A stretch of 64,000 nucleotides of DNA from positions 8,678 to 72,677 of the forward strand of contig CBFHPC010000001.1 of assembly GCA_965657655.1 (NCBI GenBank). The letters run 5' to 3'. Source of the DNA: Henriciella sp. (lineage in GTDB: Bacteria > Pseudomonadota > Alphaproteobacteria > Caulobacterales > Hyphomonadaceae). The translations under genes were made by a program, and so were the position numbers. This document shows positions 45,191 through 58,915 of the stretch, piece by piece. Every line of letters starts with the position of its first letter. Position 1 is the first letter of the stretch. The notes beneath the pieces were generated by a model. It was not told where the DNA came from and ran no database searches. It saw only the letters and a list, made by a program, of their open reading frames with translations.

Positions 45191-45913
45191 TTATTCACCG
45201 TGGCAGCGCAGCCACATTTCGGCATCGCGCAGAGCGGTCGGATCTCCGACGTGTAGCCAGAAGTGATCTAGTGGGATGCCGTAAAGGCGTCGATCCTGGA
45301 GTAATTGATCCCAGATTCGATTAGCAGAGAATGGCGCGATCTCCTGATTATCATACAGCCCGGGCTTGAGGATGCGAACGCCGGCATAGGCCCAGTTTGT
45401 GACATCGTCTCCGATGCGTCGCTGAAGCTCGCCTGCCGGGTTTTTGTTGAAGTCGCCGCGTCCATGATAGCCAATGCACCGGCGGGTATCGGCCAGCAGC
45501 AGAAGCTCGTCCATATGATCAGGGGTGAAATTTTGCGCTAGCCGGGTCAATGGTTCGGGATTGCCCGGTCCCCAGATGGCATCCGTATTGACGACAAAAA
45601 CTGGCTCGTCTCCCAAAAGCGGTCGTGCTTTCGCCAGTGCCCCGCCAGTTTCCAATAGCACGTCGCGTTCGTCTGATATGATAATGTCCATAGCCTCATA
45701 ATTGGCGAGATGCGCTTCGACTTTATCTGCCTGCCAATGGACGTTTACGATTGCCCGCCTTACGCCGGCCGCCGCCAGCATATCGAGATGCCTGTCGATC
45801 AGCGCAATATCGGCGACTGGCAATAGGGGTTTTGCGGTTGTTTCGGTTAATGGCCGCATGCGCTGCCCGAAGCCAGCCGCCAGCAACATGGCGGTATGTG
45901 GTAGAATGGTCAT
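45191..45913 (-). CDS. murU: Nucleotidyltransferase (MurU-like MurNAc-1-P uridylyltransferase)
   Basis: AMLLAAGFGQRMRPLT..KPL, LETGG, WLHVG; downstream of the AmgK-like kinase. Confidence 0.82.
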   Translation of the reverse strand: MTILPHTAMLLAAGFGQRMRPLTETTAKPLLPVADIALIDRHLDMLAAAGVRRAIVNVHWQADKVEAHLANYEAMDIIISDERDVLLETGGALAKARPLLGDEPVFVVNTDAIWGPGNPEPLTRLAQNFTPDHMDELLLLADTRRCIGYHGRGDFNKNPAGELQRRIGDDVTNWAYAGVRILKPGLYDNQEIAPFSANRIWDQLLQDRRLYGIPLDHFWLHVGDPTALRDAEMWLRCHGE

Positions 45914-47001
45914 AAGCCCACCTCAAACATGAATGGAGCTGTGCGGCGCACGAAGCTGGCCATGTCGGCGGTCACCGGGTGCTGCAGTGCCTGTACCAGC
46001 ATAGCCTGTTGTCTTGCCATGAATGCCGCATATTTCGGTTTTCGGTCGCGTTTGATCAGGCGTGCAAAGACGCCGGTAATGCGCAGCGCATTGAGCGTGC
46101 CAATAACCGCAAGACGCTCGGCCAGTGCCGTTTCCGATGTGCCGGTATGGTCAAGATAGGCCCGCAGCGCCACCCGGGCGGTATCGGATGAGACATGACG
46201 GCGTGCATCCTGCGTCAGCATCGCCAAATCCCAGGCGTCCCAGCCAGCAACGGCATCCTGAAAGTCGAGCAGCCCGATCTCGCCATCGGGAAGCGCGATG
46301 AGGTTCTCAGCATGATAGTCGCGAAGCGTAAAAACGCGTGGAAAAGCGTCTGCCCGGGAAATTAGATCATCCCGAACAGCATCCCATTGTGCGCGGGCGG
46401 CGCCGGAAATTTCGACGCGTTGATCATATTCCGGCAACCAGTCGGCAAAGAGATCAACATTTGCGCGCAGGGCAAATGCATCGAAGTTCTGTATCGGCCA
46501 GACCCGCCCATTGTGCTCGATTAGCTCTGGCGGCTCTATCTGATGTAGTTTAGCCAGCACCAAAGCGGCTTGTGTATAGAGGGCATTCTCGCGCCCCGGA
46601 TCCTGTTCGATTAAGCGGGCAAGCTCGCGGTTTTCGCCGAAATCTTCCAAAAGGATAAATCCGCTTTCATCATTATCGGCATAAATATCCGGCGGGCGTA
46701 GCCCGATGCGTTTGAGATATTCTGCGATCAGGATAAAGGCTTCGACACGGCTGCCCGCCAGTCGGCTTTGCGCGTTCCATCCGGCAATTTGTCGTTCTTG
46801 TTCTGACATGCCGGGGATACAGGGCGGTGGCTCGATACGCGGCGCGTCCATTAGAATGGCGGTTTGTCCGGATGCGTTGACCAGACGGGCATAGCGCCGG
46901 GTCGAGGCATCCTGCTGAAGCCAGCCGATCTCGGCCTGACCCCAGCCAGCCGTTTCGAGGAATTCAGATCTCTTTAAAATGCGGGACGTATCAGAGTTCA
47001 T
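45910..47001 (-). CDS. amgK: APH-family phosphotransferase (AmgK-like anomeric MurNAc/GlcNAc kinase)
   Basis: DASTRRYAR, LMDAP, LLEDFG, RDYHAENL, LDFQDA; tsaE-amgK-murU order. Confidence 0.82.
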   Translation of the reverse strand: MNSDTSRILKRSEFLETAGWGQAEIGWLQQDASTRRYARLVNASGQTAILMDAPRIEPPPCIPGMSEQERQIAGWNAQSRLAGSRVEAFILIAEYLKRIGLRPPDIYADNDESGFILLEDFGENRELARLIEQDPGRENALYTQAALVLAKLHQIEPPELIEHNGRVWPIQNFDAFALRANVDLFADWLPEYDQRVEISGAARAQWDAVRDDLISRADAFPRVFTLRDYHAENLIALPDGEIGLLDFQDAVAGWDAWDLAMLTQDARRHVSSDTARVALRAYLDHTGTSETALAERLAVIGTLNALRITGVFARLIKRDRKPKYAAFMARQQAMLVQALQHPVTADMASFVRRTAPFMFEVGL

Positions 47002-47437
47002 TGAGACGAGACTGCCAGTATTCTCCGTGTCCTACCAGTGTTGCGGTTCGACTTTCTGTGGACGTTGTGAATTCAATATCCAGCCGCATCCCGGGCAGCC
47101 GGTCGCCGGCATGTTCGGGCCATTCGACAAGGCTCAATCCATTATAGGTGTCGTCCCAGCCAAGCTCTTCCAGCTCGTCGGGCGACTCGATCCGGTACAA
47201 GTCAAAATGAAAAATCTCGATATCACCGGCGCTATAGGTTTGTAAGATCGTGTATGTCGGGCTTGGGACGTCGGTGTCCTCGCCCATCAGCGCCGATATC
47301 AGAAATCGCGCAAACGTCGTTTTTCCGGCGCCCAGCCCGCCTCGCAGGGCGATAAAATCGCCCGGCCGGATAAGCCTGGCCAGCTTTTCTGCCAATAGAC
47401 GGGTTCTCGAAAGATCGGTAAGTGTTTCGGATATCAT
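46991..47437 (-). CDS. tsaE: tRNA t6A biosynthesis ATPase TsaE
   Basis: LRGGLGAGKTTFAR, VPSPTY, HFDLYR, LVEWPE. Confidence 0.96.
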   Translation of the reverse strand: MISETLTDLSRTRLLAEKLARLIRPGDFIALRGGLGAGKTTFARFLISALMGEDTDVPSPTYTILQTYSAGDIEIFHFDLYRIESPDELEELGWDDTYNGLSLVEWPEHAGDRLPGMRLDIEFTTSTESRTATLVGHGEYWQSRLNEL

Positions 47438-47681
47438 ATGTTAAATCTTTTCATGTTTGGCCGAGGTGGCGTCCCGCTTTTACGGCGGCCGCATCATTCC
47501 AGTCGCAGCCCATCTGGAATGTAGAAATAGTCATAAAGACGACCGGCGTCGACAACTGGAATGGATGTTTCGGTTTCCATCATACGGTCGGGACTGATTG
47601 TTTGTCTTGAGAACAGTAAGCGTCGCGCTGGCCGACCAATAGGTAAAATTTAGCGGCGCTTATTCTGCGGTTGCAAAAAGT

Positions 47682-47695
47682 TGACGCACGCGTCA
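47682..47695. promoter_or_regulatory. Palindromic operator-like site TGACGC-AC-GCGTCA
   Basis: Perfect 6-bp inverted repeat about 20 bp upstream of the ferredoxin reductase gene. Confidence 0.45.
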
Positions 47696-47714
47696 TGAAA
47701 CATAATTAGAAGGA

Positions 47715-48959
47715 ATGGTTGCGAACATGTCGGCTGACGATCAAATTCTTATTCTAGGGGGAGGCCAGGCGGCTGCACAGGCGTGTGCCTCGCTGCGCCA
47801 GTTCGGCTATGACGGCCGGATCGATGTGCTCGCCGAGGAAGCAGATCTGCCATATCAGCGCCCGCCATTGTCTAAAGCCTATATGAAAGGTGAGCTCGAC
47901 CGCGAAAGATTATATTTCAAAATGCAGGACTGGTATCAAAGTAATGATATCCATCTTCATTTGGACAACCGTGCTGAAAAAATTGACCGGGCAACAAGAA
48001 CGGTCACGGCATCGACCGGCGAGGAATTTCACTATCAAACCCTCATAATTGCGACTGGATCGCGCCCGCGTCCGCTGCCTGTGCCAGGCGCTGAACGGGA
48101 GAATATCTTTGATCTACGCAGTCTCGCTGACGTTGATCAAATTCGTCCGCAGATGCAGCCCGGGCAGAAAATTGTCATTGTCGGGGCGGGCTATATTGGA
48201 CTGGAGGCGGCCGCTGTTGCAGCCCAACTCGGCCTGGATGTGACCGTTATCGAGGTCGCGGACCGGGTTCTGGCGCGGGTTACCAGCCCGGTTATGAGTG
48301 AATTTTTCGAGGCCGAACACAAAGCGCATGGTGTCGTGATCGCGACCGGTAAAAAAGTAGTCGAGTTCACCGGCTCGACCCGGGTTGAGGCGGTCAAAAC
48401 AAGCGATGGCGATCTTGTTCCGGCGGACCTGGTTCTGGTCGGCATTGGAATTATACCGAATGATGAACTGGCCCGGCAGGCCGGTATTAGATGTGATAAC
48501 GGCATTAGTGTTGATCGCGATGGCCGCACCAATGACCCGTCAATCTTTGCGATTGGCGATTGCGCCCGCCGCCCGCTCGTGCACTATCAGCGGGATGGCC
48601 GGCTTGAATCGGTCCACAATGCGATCGAGCAAGGCAAGCTTGCCGCCGCTGCCATTGCGGAAAAACCACGGCCAAATGAGGATTGTCCGTGGTTCTGGTC
48701 GGATCAGTATGACCTGAAGTTGCAAATTGCCGGTTTGAGCGAAGGGTTTGACCAGGTCGAGGTCCGTGGCGACCCGGCGAGCCGGAAATTTGCCGTATTC
48801 TATTTTAAATCCGGACACTTACTCGCGGTTGATGCGGTGAATAGTCCGGCCGAGTTTATCGTATCAAAAAAGCTCATTATTTCTGGGGCAAGTATTGCGC
48901 CGGAAAAACTGCGCGATACAACCCTGTCGATGAAAGATATCGCGGCTGAAGCCGTCTGA
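47715..48959 (+). CDS. FAD-dependent ferredoxin reductase (putidaredoxin-reductase type)
   Basis: [42 protein letters not shown]. Confidence 0.93.
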   Translation: MVANMSADDQILILGGGQAAAQACASLRQFGYDGRIDVLAEEADLPYQRPPLSKAYMKGELDRERLYFKMQDWYQSNDIHLHLDNRAEKIDRATRTVTASTGEEFHYQTLIIATGSRPRPLPVPGAERENIFDLRSLADVDQIRPQMQPGQKIVIVGAGYIGLEAAAVAAQLGLDVTVIEVADRVLARVTSPVMSEFFEAEHKAHGVVIATGKKVVEFTGSTRVEAVKTSDGDLVPADLVLVGIGIIPNDELARQAGIRCDNGISVDRDGRTNDPSIFAIGDCARRPLVHYQRDGRLESVHNAIEQGKLAAAAIAEKPRPNEDCPWFWSDQYDLKLQIAGLSEGFDQVEVRGDPASRKFAVFYFKSGHLLAVDAVNSPAEFIVSKKLIISGASIAPEKLRDTTLSMKDIAAEAV

Positions 48960-48972
48960 GGAGAGTGCTAAA

Positions 48973-49293
48973 ATGACGAAAATTATTTATATCGACCATA
49001 ATGGTGACGAACGACCGATCGACGCGAAGAATGGCGAGACCGTCATGGAGGTGGCCATTAAAAATTCAATTCCCGGTATCGACGCCGATTGCGGTGGTGC
49101 TTGCGCGTGTGCGACATGTCACGTCTATGTTGATGGTGCGTTCCTTGAGGCTGTTGGCGCAGCGCAGGATATGGAGCAGTCAATGCTCGATTTTGCCGAA
49201 AATGTTCATGATAATTCGCGCCTGGCCTGTCAGATCGTTGTGTCTGATGCCCTAGATGGCCTGAAAGTAACAACGCCTGAAAGTCAGCACTAG
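48973..49293 (+). CDS. 2Fe-2S ferredoxin (adrenodoxin/putidaredoxin type)
   Basis: [14 protein letters not shown] and SRLACQ cluster ligands. Confidence 0.96.
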   Translation: MTKIIYIDHNGDERPIDAKNGETVMEVAIKNSIPGIDADCGGACACATCHVYVDGAFLEAVGAAQDMEQSMLDFAENVHDNSRLACQIVVSDALDGLKVTTPESQH

Positions 49294-49378
49294 TTTCGAG
49301 CGCCTGCCGGACTTGGCGATATCGGGATGGTATCCGGCTTGACTTATCACTGCTGGATCACGACCAGATTGTAATTGC

Positions 49379-50167
49379 ATGACATCTTATACGCGTCTTA
49401 TCTCGGATCTGCGGCCGCGCGAGGATGGCAGTTACTGCGCTTCGATTCCAGAAAACTGGATGCAGGGCCGGACAACTTATGGTGGATTGACGGCGGCCCT
49501 ATGCCTTGAAGCGGCGCAGCGCTGTGTCACCGATATCCCGCTGCGGTCGGCCCAGATCGCTTTTGTCGGTCCGGTCGGGGGCGATGTCGATATCAACCCC
49601 GTCCTGTTACGACGCGGCAAGAACGCGGCTTTTGTCCGGGTTGATCTCAGCCATGGCGATCAGGTTCTGGCGCAATGCATTTTTACATTCGGACAGGCGC
49701 GACCAAGTAGTTTGAATGTCCAGCGGATCACAATGCCCGATATGATGGGTGTGACTGAAGCCGAACCATTTTTCAAAGGCCCGCGGCGACCGAATTTTAC
49801 CAATAATTTTAATGTCCGCCTCGCATCGGGGGCACCGCCTATATCCGGCAGCACCGGCAACCAGCTCGGTCTGTGGATACGGCACAAGGATGAGGGCGCC
49901 GGCAATGATGCCGCATCGATCCTGGCGCTTGCCGATTGTGCACCGCCGGCCGCGTTGTCAATGCTAGCCGGTGATGCCAGAGCCAGCAGCATGACATGGA
50001 TGGCGGAGTTTTTGACCGACCAGCCAAGCACCGATGAGGGCTGGTGGTTATCGCTCTCGACCGCCGAAACCGCGATGGACGGCTATTCCAGTCAGAGCAT
50101 GTGCTTGTGGAACAAGGCCGGTGAACCGACGCTTATCGGTCGCCAGACGGTTGCGATTTTCGGATAG
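49379..50167 (+). CDS. TesB-like double hot-dog acyl-CoA thioesterase family protein
   Basis: WMQGRTTYGGL, LRRGKN, LADCAPPA, GYSSQ, RQTVAIFG. Confidence 0.88.
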   Translation: MTSYTRLISDLRPREDGSYCASIPENWMQGRTTYGGLTAALCLEAAQRCVTDIPLRSAQIAFVGPVGGDVDINPVLLRRGKNAAFVRVDLSHGDQVLAQCIFTFGQARPSSLNVQRITMPDMMGVTEAEPFFKGPRRPNFTNNFNVRLASGAPPISGSTGNQLGLWIRHKDEGAGNDAASILALADCAPPAALSMLAGDARASSMTWMAEFLTDQPSTDEGWWLSLSTAETAMDGYSSQSMCLWNKAGEPTLIGRQTVAIFG

Positions 50168-50176
50168 GCCCGAGGT

Positions 50177-50578
50177 CTAAAGTTCGGCCTGAACTGATTT
50201 GAGATAGGAAATCTGCTCTTCCAGTGCGAGATGGTGCGGGCTGTCTGCACCCTCCGCCATAAGCTTATGCCTCAGATCATCAATGTCTTTTTCGAGGTCC
50301 GCCGCGTTGAGGGTTTCAAGATCAACCGCTTCTTCGGCGAGTATCGTCAGACCGTTTGGTGTCACATCGGCAAAGCCGCCGCGAACAAACAGGCGCATCG
50401 AAACCGCATCACCGTCGAGAACTCGCACAACACCATTTTTTAAGGTCGACATAAAGGGTGCGTGATTGGCGAGAACGCCAAACTCACCGTCTGATCCAGG
50501 CGCCACGACGTGATCGACCTCTCCAGAGAACAGCTCTCTTGCAGGGGACACGAGTGAAAAATTTAGTTTGTCGGCCAT
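50177..50578 (-). CDS. atpC: F1 ATP synthase epsilon subunit
   Basis: LVSPARELFSG, PGSDGEFGVLANHAP, GGFADV, ILAE. Confidence 0.96.
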   Translation of the reverse strand: MADKLNFSLVSPARELFSGEVDHVVAPGSDGEFGVLANHAPFMSTLKNGVVRVLDGDAVSMRLFVRGGFADVTPNGLTILAEEAVDLETLNAADLEKDIDDLRHKLMAEGADSPHHLALEEQISYLKSVQAEL

Positions 50579-50642
50579 GATCAGATTTTCCATAAAGTTG
50601 GGTGTGGCCAGACCGGTTTAGGGTCCGGCCACAACAAATGTC

Positions 50643-52088
<1,446 letters not shown>

Positions 52089-52271
52089 CTAGGCTTATTT
52101 AGATATCTTGTGGTTTGGGACCACTGCTGACGAAGACGTCTGTTTGGGACTATTGAAATAGTCCCGCCCACGGCAGTCCCGGATTGGTTCGATGTCGCGG
52201 TTATGGCGCCAGTTTCCGGCGCACCTGACATAGTGTTGATGGTTGCAAGCTGATAAAACATGCTCATCCCT

Positions 52272-53150
52272 CTACAGTGCTTCCGCACCAGAGATGATTT
52301 CGATCAGCTCCTTGGTGATTTGGGCTTGTCTCGCCCGGTTATACTGGAGCGTCAGCTTATCGATCAGATCGCCAGCATTCCGGGTCGCATTATCCATCGC
52401 TGTCATCGAGGCGGCCTGCTCGCCGGCAATATTTTCCAGCATGGCCGACAGGATTTGCGTCGTCAGATAGCGCGGTAGCAAGATCTCGAGTATCTCGGTT
52501 TCCGATGGTTCATAGGCGTAGATTGCCCCGCGAAGATCGACTAGATCCGCATCATCTGGCGAAACCGCCGGAATGAGCTGTGCCGTCTTTGGCGACTGCA
52601 CGAGAACATTCTGGAATTCCGAGAATATGATGGTCGCTATGTCGAATTCCCCGGCATCGAAACGCGCCGCCAGATCTTTACCAAGCCCGATCGCGAATGG
52701 CGTGAAATCATCTTTCGCTTCACTGAGGTCGACATGGTCGATGAACAGATCCGCGAAATCCGATTTGAGCGCTTCGCGGCCTTTTTTGCCGACGGTCAGG
52801 ATTTTTACGGTTTTGCCGTCATTCTGAAGGGCGGTTATGGTTTGCCGTGCGAGTTTTGCGCAATTGGCGTTAAACCCGCCACACAAACCACGCTCGGCAG
52901 TCACCACGATCAGAAGGTGGACCTGATCATTGCCGGTTCCAGCCAGCAATTTCGGGCCTGATGAGCCGTCCATTGCCGATGTTAGATTGGCGACAACATT
53001 CGCCATGCGCTTGGCGTATGGTTTTGCAGCCTCGGCGGCTTCTTGGGCGCGCCGGAGTTTCGCTGCAGCAACCATCTGCTTTGCTTTGGTGATCTTCTGC
53101 GTGGATTTCACGCTGCCGATCCGATTTTTTAATTCCTTGAGGCTAGCCAT
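52272..53150 (-). CDS. atpG: F1 ATP synthase gamma subunit
   Basis: [47 protein letters not shown]. Confidence 0.98.
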   Translation of the reverse strand: MASLKELKNRIGSVKSTQKITKAKQMVAAAKLRRAQEAAEAAKPYAKRMANVVANLTSAMDGSSGPKLLAGTGNDQVHLLIVVTAERGLCGGFNANCAKLARQTITALQNDGKTVKILTVGKKGREALKSDFADLFIDHVDLSEAKDDFTPFAIGLGKDLAARFDAGEFDIATIIFSEFQNVLVQSPKTAQLIPAVSPDDADLVDLRGAIYAYEPSETEILEILLPRYLTTQILSAMLENIAGEQAASMTAMDNATRNAGDLIDKLTLQYNRARQAQITKELIEIISGAEAL

Positions 53151-53182
53151 GGGGCTACAACTCCCGGTCGTAAATTAGTCGT

Positions 53183-55296
<2,114 letters not shown>

Positions 55297-55445
55297 ATTT
55301 ATGCGGCACTAGGCCAGCGCGAAACAAAAATAGTCGGCCGGAAATTTTCCCCCGGATCCAAACTTCAGCGTCGCCTAGCATTTCGTTTGTGGACTGACAA
55401 CACCGCGTGTCGCGTGATTATGTGACGGAATCACGCACCAGCCCT

Positions 55446-57608
55446 CTAAAGAAAGGAATAAGGATCAATATCAATCGATATTCGCACTGAATTTGGTACT
55501 TTTATAAGATCCGCCCATTTCGTCATATATGCCGACAGATCAACATTTTTTTTGGATATTGCAAGGAAACGACGTCGGTGACGACCGCGCAGAACCCCGA
55601 TCGGGGCGGGTGCCGGACCATAAACTGTAATTTGTTCACCATGCGGCGCCGCTTGCCCAATTATGTCACTAAACTTGTCTGCTGTGGTCAAATCGGGAGC
55701 GGACATGATTAAGGCGGCCATTCGGCCATAGGGCGGCAGGTCCAATGATTCGCGAACGTCTTTTTCGATCTCCAAAAATCCGTCGCGATCACCGTGTACG
55801 AGCGCGACCATGGCCGGATTGTCGATTTGATAAGTTTGAATGAGGGCTCGCCCGGGGCGTTGTGCGCGTCCGGCGCGTCCGGCGACCTGGCTGAGCAGCT
55901 GGTAGGTCCTTTCGCCTGCGCGTAAATCGCCACCCTGTAATCCGGAATCAGCGTCAACCACGCCAACCATGGTCAAATTTGGGAAATTATGTCCCTTGGC
56001 AGCCATTTGTGTCCCGATCAGAATGTCGATTTCGCTGTTTGCCATGCGGTCGATCAGATTGCGGCTATCATCGGCATTCAGTGTTGTGTCCGAGGAGAAT
56101 ATCTCGATTTTCGCCGTTGGCATCAGGATCCTGACCTCTTCGGCAATGCGTTCGACGCCGGGTCCGACGCCCATCAGCGAGTCGCGCGCCCCGCAGTGGG
56201 GGCAATGGCTTGGTTTCGGCATTGACCAGCCGGTTAAATGGCAAATGAGGCGCCCACTATATCTGTGCTCGGTTAACCAGCTTTCGGTTGCCGGACTTTT
56301 CAGGCGTTCGCCACAGGCTTTGCAGATTACAAGCGGTGCATATCCGCGCCGGTTCATGAATAAGAGACTCTGCTCGCCCCGGCTAAATGTTTCAACCAGT
56401 GCCGATTTGAGCACTGGCGAGAGCCATTCACCCTTAGCCGGTGTTTCAACCTTTAGATCGACCAGCTCGACATCGGGCAGCTGGGCCAGGCCCGGGCGCG
56501 CAGCCAGCGCGATCCGGCGATATCGACCGGTATCGGCATTCACCACTGTTTCCAGGGCCGGAGTTGCCGAGGCCAGAATGACCATCGCCTGTTCGAGTTT
56601 TGCGCGCATTACGGCCATGTCGCGCGCATGATAGGTTACGCCATCTTCCTGCTTGAAGCTGCTATCATGTTCTTCATCGACGATGATCAGGCGCAGATTG
56701 GCATATGGCAGGAACAAGGCCGAGCGGGCGCCGGCAACAATCCGGGCGCGGCCATGCGCAACCTCCCGCCAGGTCCGGCGTCGCTGGGGTTGCGATAAAC
56801 CTGAATGCCAGGCCGCAGGGCGCGTGCCAAAGCGCATTTCGAACCGGCTTAAAACCGCCTCTGTGAGCGCTATTTCCGGCAGCAAAACGAGGATTTGTGC
56901 CGTTTTGTCTTCCTGCATGATCGCGGCAATTGCTTCAAAATAAACCTCGGTTTTGCCCGATCCGGTTACACCGTCGAGCAAGACCGGTTTGAAATCTTTC
57001 GCCGCGATATGATGTCGTAACTGGCTGGCCGCAGCGCTCTGTTCGGCGGTGAGTGCCACACCCGGCCGGTTCGGATCCGGGATCGGGAATGGCGTGTCGA
57101 CGGGTTCGGTGGTTGCCTCGAGACTGCCCGCATCGACGAGTGATTTTACCACGCCAGCCGAGACATTAGCGCGTTTGGCCAGCGCGCTCGCCGCAAGATT
57201 CGGGTGCTGTGCGGCTGTTGCCAGGACTGACCGTCGGGCTGTGGTCATCCGCTCGGGCAACCGGCCGGAGGCATGGTAGACTGTCCGCATCGGCGACGGC
57301 AGCAGTCCCTGGCTGGAGCGCAAGGCCATGCTGAGGACGAGCCCGGGGGGAGACACGGTATAACGTGCGCAGAAATCGATGAATTGTAGCATAGCTTTGC
57401 CCATTGGCGGGGTCGGCAAGACATCAAGCACGGCTTTTAGGGTCCGGTCGGGTGCGTGCTCATGACAGTCGACAATAATGCCAATTCGCTTTTGCGCGCC
57501 AAGTGGCGCGATCACATAGCAACCGGGCTCTACGCTGAGATGGTCGGGCACGATGTAATCGAACGGTTCCGGCAGCGGCAATGGAAACAGGATGCGAGCA
57601 ATTGTCAT
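55446..57608 (-). CDS. priA: Primosomal protein N' (replication restart helicase)
   Basis: GVTGSGKTEVY, PEIAL, VDEEHD, SATP, NRRGY, GTQMAAKGH, QVAGRAGR, IDIDP. Confidence 0.98.
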   Translation of the reverse strand: MTIARILFPLPLPEPFDYIVPDHLSVEPGCYVIAPLGAQKRIGIIVDCHEHAPDRTLKAVLDVLPTPPMGKAMLQFIDFCARYTVSPPGLVLSMALRSSQGLLPSPMRTVYHASGRLPERMTTARRSVLATAAQHPNLAASALAKRANVSAGVVKSLVDAGSLEATTEPVDTPFPIPDPNRPGVALTAEQSAAASQLRHHIAAKDFKPVLLDGVTGSGKTEVYFEAIAAIMQEDKTAQILVLLPEIALTEAVLSRFEMRFGTRPAAWHSGLSQPQRRRTWREVAHGRARIVAGARSALFLPYANLRLIIVDEEHDSSFKQEDGVTYHARDMAVMRAKLEQAMVILASATPALETVVNADTGRYRRIALAARPGLAQLPDVELVDLKVETPAKGEWLSPVLKSALVETFSRGEQSLLFMNRRGYAPLVICKACGERLKSPATESWLTEHRYSGRLICHLTGWSMPKPSHCPHCGARDSLMGVGPGVERIAEEVRILMPTAKIEIFSSDTTLNADDSRNLIDRMANSEIDILIGTQMAAKGHNFPNLTMVGVVDADSGLQGGDLRAGERTYQLLSQVAGRAGRAQRPGRALIQTYQIDNPAMVALVHGDRDGFLEIEKDVRESLDLPPYGRMAALIMSAPDLTTADKFSDIIGQAAPHGEQITVYGPAPAPIGVLRGRHRRRFLAISKKNVDLSAYMTKWADLIKVPNSVRISIDIDPYSFL

Positions 57609-57718
57609 CACAGCTGAATAGCAGAGCGGTCATATTGCGGAAGACCTGCTGTGGCATGCGGCGGCGGTTTTTGAGGGTCTGCGAAACCATAAATTAACCG
57701 GTTGGCCGGCAGATTAAG

Positions 57719-58618
57719 ATGATGAAGATGATGACAGATTTCCTCGACTATATCGCATTGGAGCGTCGGCTGGCCGACAATACGGTGCAAGCCTATACGG
57801 CCGATATGCGGGAGTTTTCTGCTTTTCTGACAGTTCATCTCGAGGGCGAGCCGGACCTTGCAGCACTGGCCGATCTGAAAGCGCGGGACTTGCGGGCATT
57901 CTTGACGGCACGTCGCCGGCAAGGCCTGTCAGACACGTCGATTGCGCGACTTTTGTCGACGATCAAATCCTTTTTTAAATGGCTCGACCATAAATATGCC
58001 GTCTCGAATCCGGATATTGCTTTTTTGACGGGACCACCACGGCGCCGGCGACTGCCCAGGCCAGTGTCGGAAAATGGCGTTTCGGAGGTGATTGAAACCA
58101 TCGGCACGTTACAGACGGATGCCTGGCTTGCTGCGCGCGATGTTGCGGCAGTGACCCTGATCTATGGCGCCGGTTTGCGGATCTCCGAGGCGCTTGGTTT
58201 GTCGGGTGATCACGATCCGGCGCCCGAGACATTGCGCCTGATCGGAAAAGGCGGACGGGTCCGGCTGGTGCCGTTGATCGATACTGTACGCCAGGCGCTC
58301 GATGCCTATGGTCAATTATGCCCGTTCCCGCTCAACAGCGACACGCCTTATTTTTACGGTGCCCGCGGCAAGCGCCTGCAGCCGCAAATTCTGCGTAAGC
58401 AGGTTCAGCTAGTGCGCGGTGCGCTCGGTTTGCCGGAAACTGCGACTCCACATGCCTTGCGCCATAGTTTTGCAACCCATCTCCTCGCCAATGGGGCAGA
58501 TCTGAGATCGATCCAAACCCTGCTCGGCCATGCCAGCCTCGCAACCACGCAGGTCTATACAGGTGTTGATGCCGGTCATCTCCGAAAGGTTCATGCGGCC
58601 GCCCATCCGCGATGGTAG
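57719..58618 (+). CDS. xerC: Tyrosine recombinase XerC
   Basis: YGAGLRISE, GKG, TPHALRHSFATHLL, LLGHASLATTQVY, HPR end; divergent from priA. Confidence 0.88.
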   Translation: MMKMMTDFLDYIALERRLADNTVQAYTADMREFSAFLTVHLEGEPDLAALADLKARDLRAFLTARRRQGLSDTSIARLLSTIKSFFKWLDHKYAVSNPDIAFLTGPPRRRRLPRPVSENGVSEVIETIGTLQTDAWLAARDVAAVTLIYGAGLRISEALGLSGDHDPAPETLRLIGKGGRVRLVPLIDTVRQALDAYGQLCPFPLNSDTPYFYGARGKRLQPQILRKQVQLVRGALGLPETATPHALRHSFATHLLANGADLRSIQTLLGHASLATTQVYTGVDAGHLRKVHAAAHPRW

Positions 58619-58627
58619 ATTGGCTTC

Positions 58628-58657
58628 CGGATGTGCGGGCCGCAAGGCGCGCATCCG
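58628..58657 (+). terminator. Hairpin after xerC (GCAA-capped, no U-tract)
   Basis: CGGATGTGCG-GGCCGCAAGG-CGCGCATCCG. Confidence 0.4.
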
Positions 58658-58915
58658 AAGATCTCCGGCTGGAGCGATGCTGGCATGTTGACTGTTGATA
58701 TGGGCTGGGGCAAGGGGGCGCGGTCGCAGCGGTCTATAAGTCGCATGGGGTGGTCGCGTGGAACGCACCGGCAGAGTGTTGTGCCGGATATTGTCCTTCC
58801 CTTCAGACGAGAAAGATACAGCAGACGCTCTTTGTTCACGCGGGGTGTCTCCAGACTTGTCCCTGAACGGGGCTGAGCCCTGCTCTGTCCTGTTCTCCAC
58901 TTTGAAAGATCTTAT

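Noticed and set aside
55412-55436. GCGTGATT-N9-AATCACGC inverted repeat containing a CRP/FNR-like TGTGA..TCAC
   Set aside because: Half-site spacing is 5 rather than 6. It is more simply a hairpin after the priA stop, and no function can be assigned.
57719-58618. Tyrosine recombinase as a possible integrase of a mobile element
   Set aside because: Size, motifs and position divergent from priA match chromosomal XerC; there are no att repeats, tRNA or cargo genes.
58409-58900. 163-aa minus-strand ORF across the xerC end and the helicase leader
   Set aside because: It overlaps xerC antisense, has no family features, and the region is better explained as promoter plus 5' UTR.
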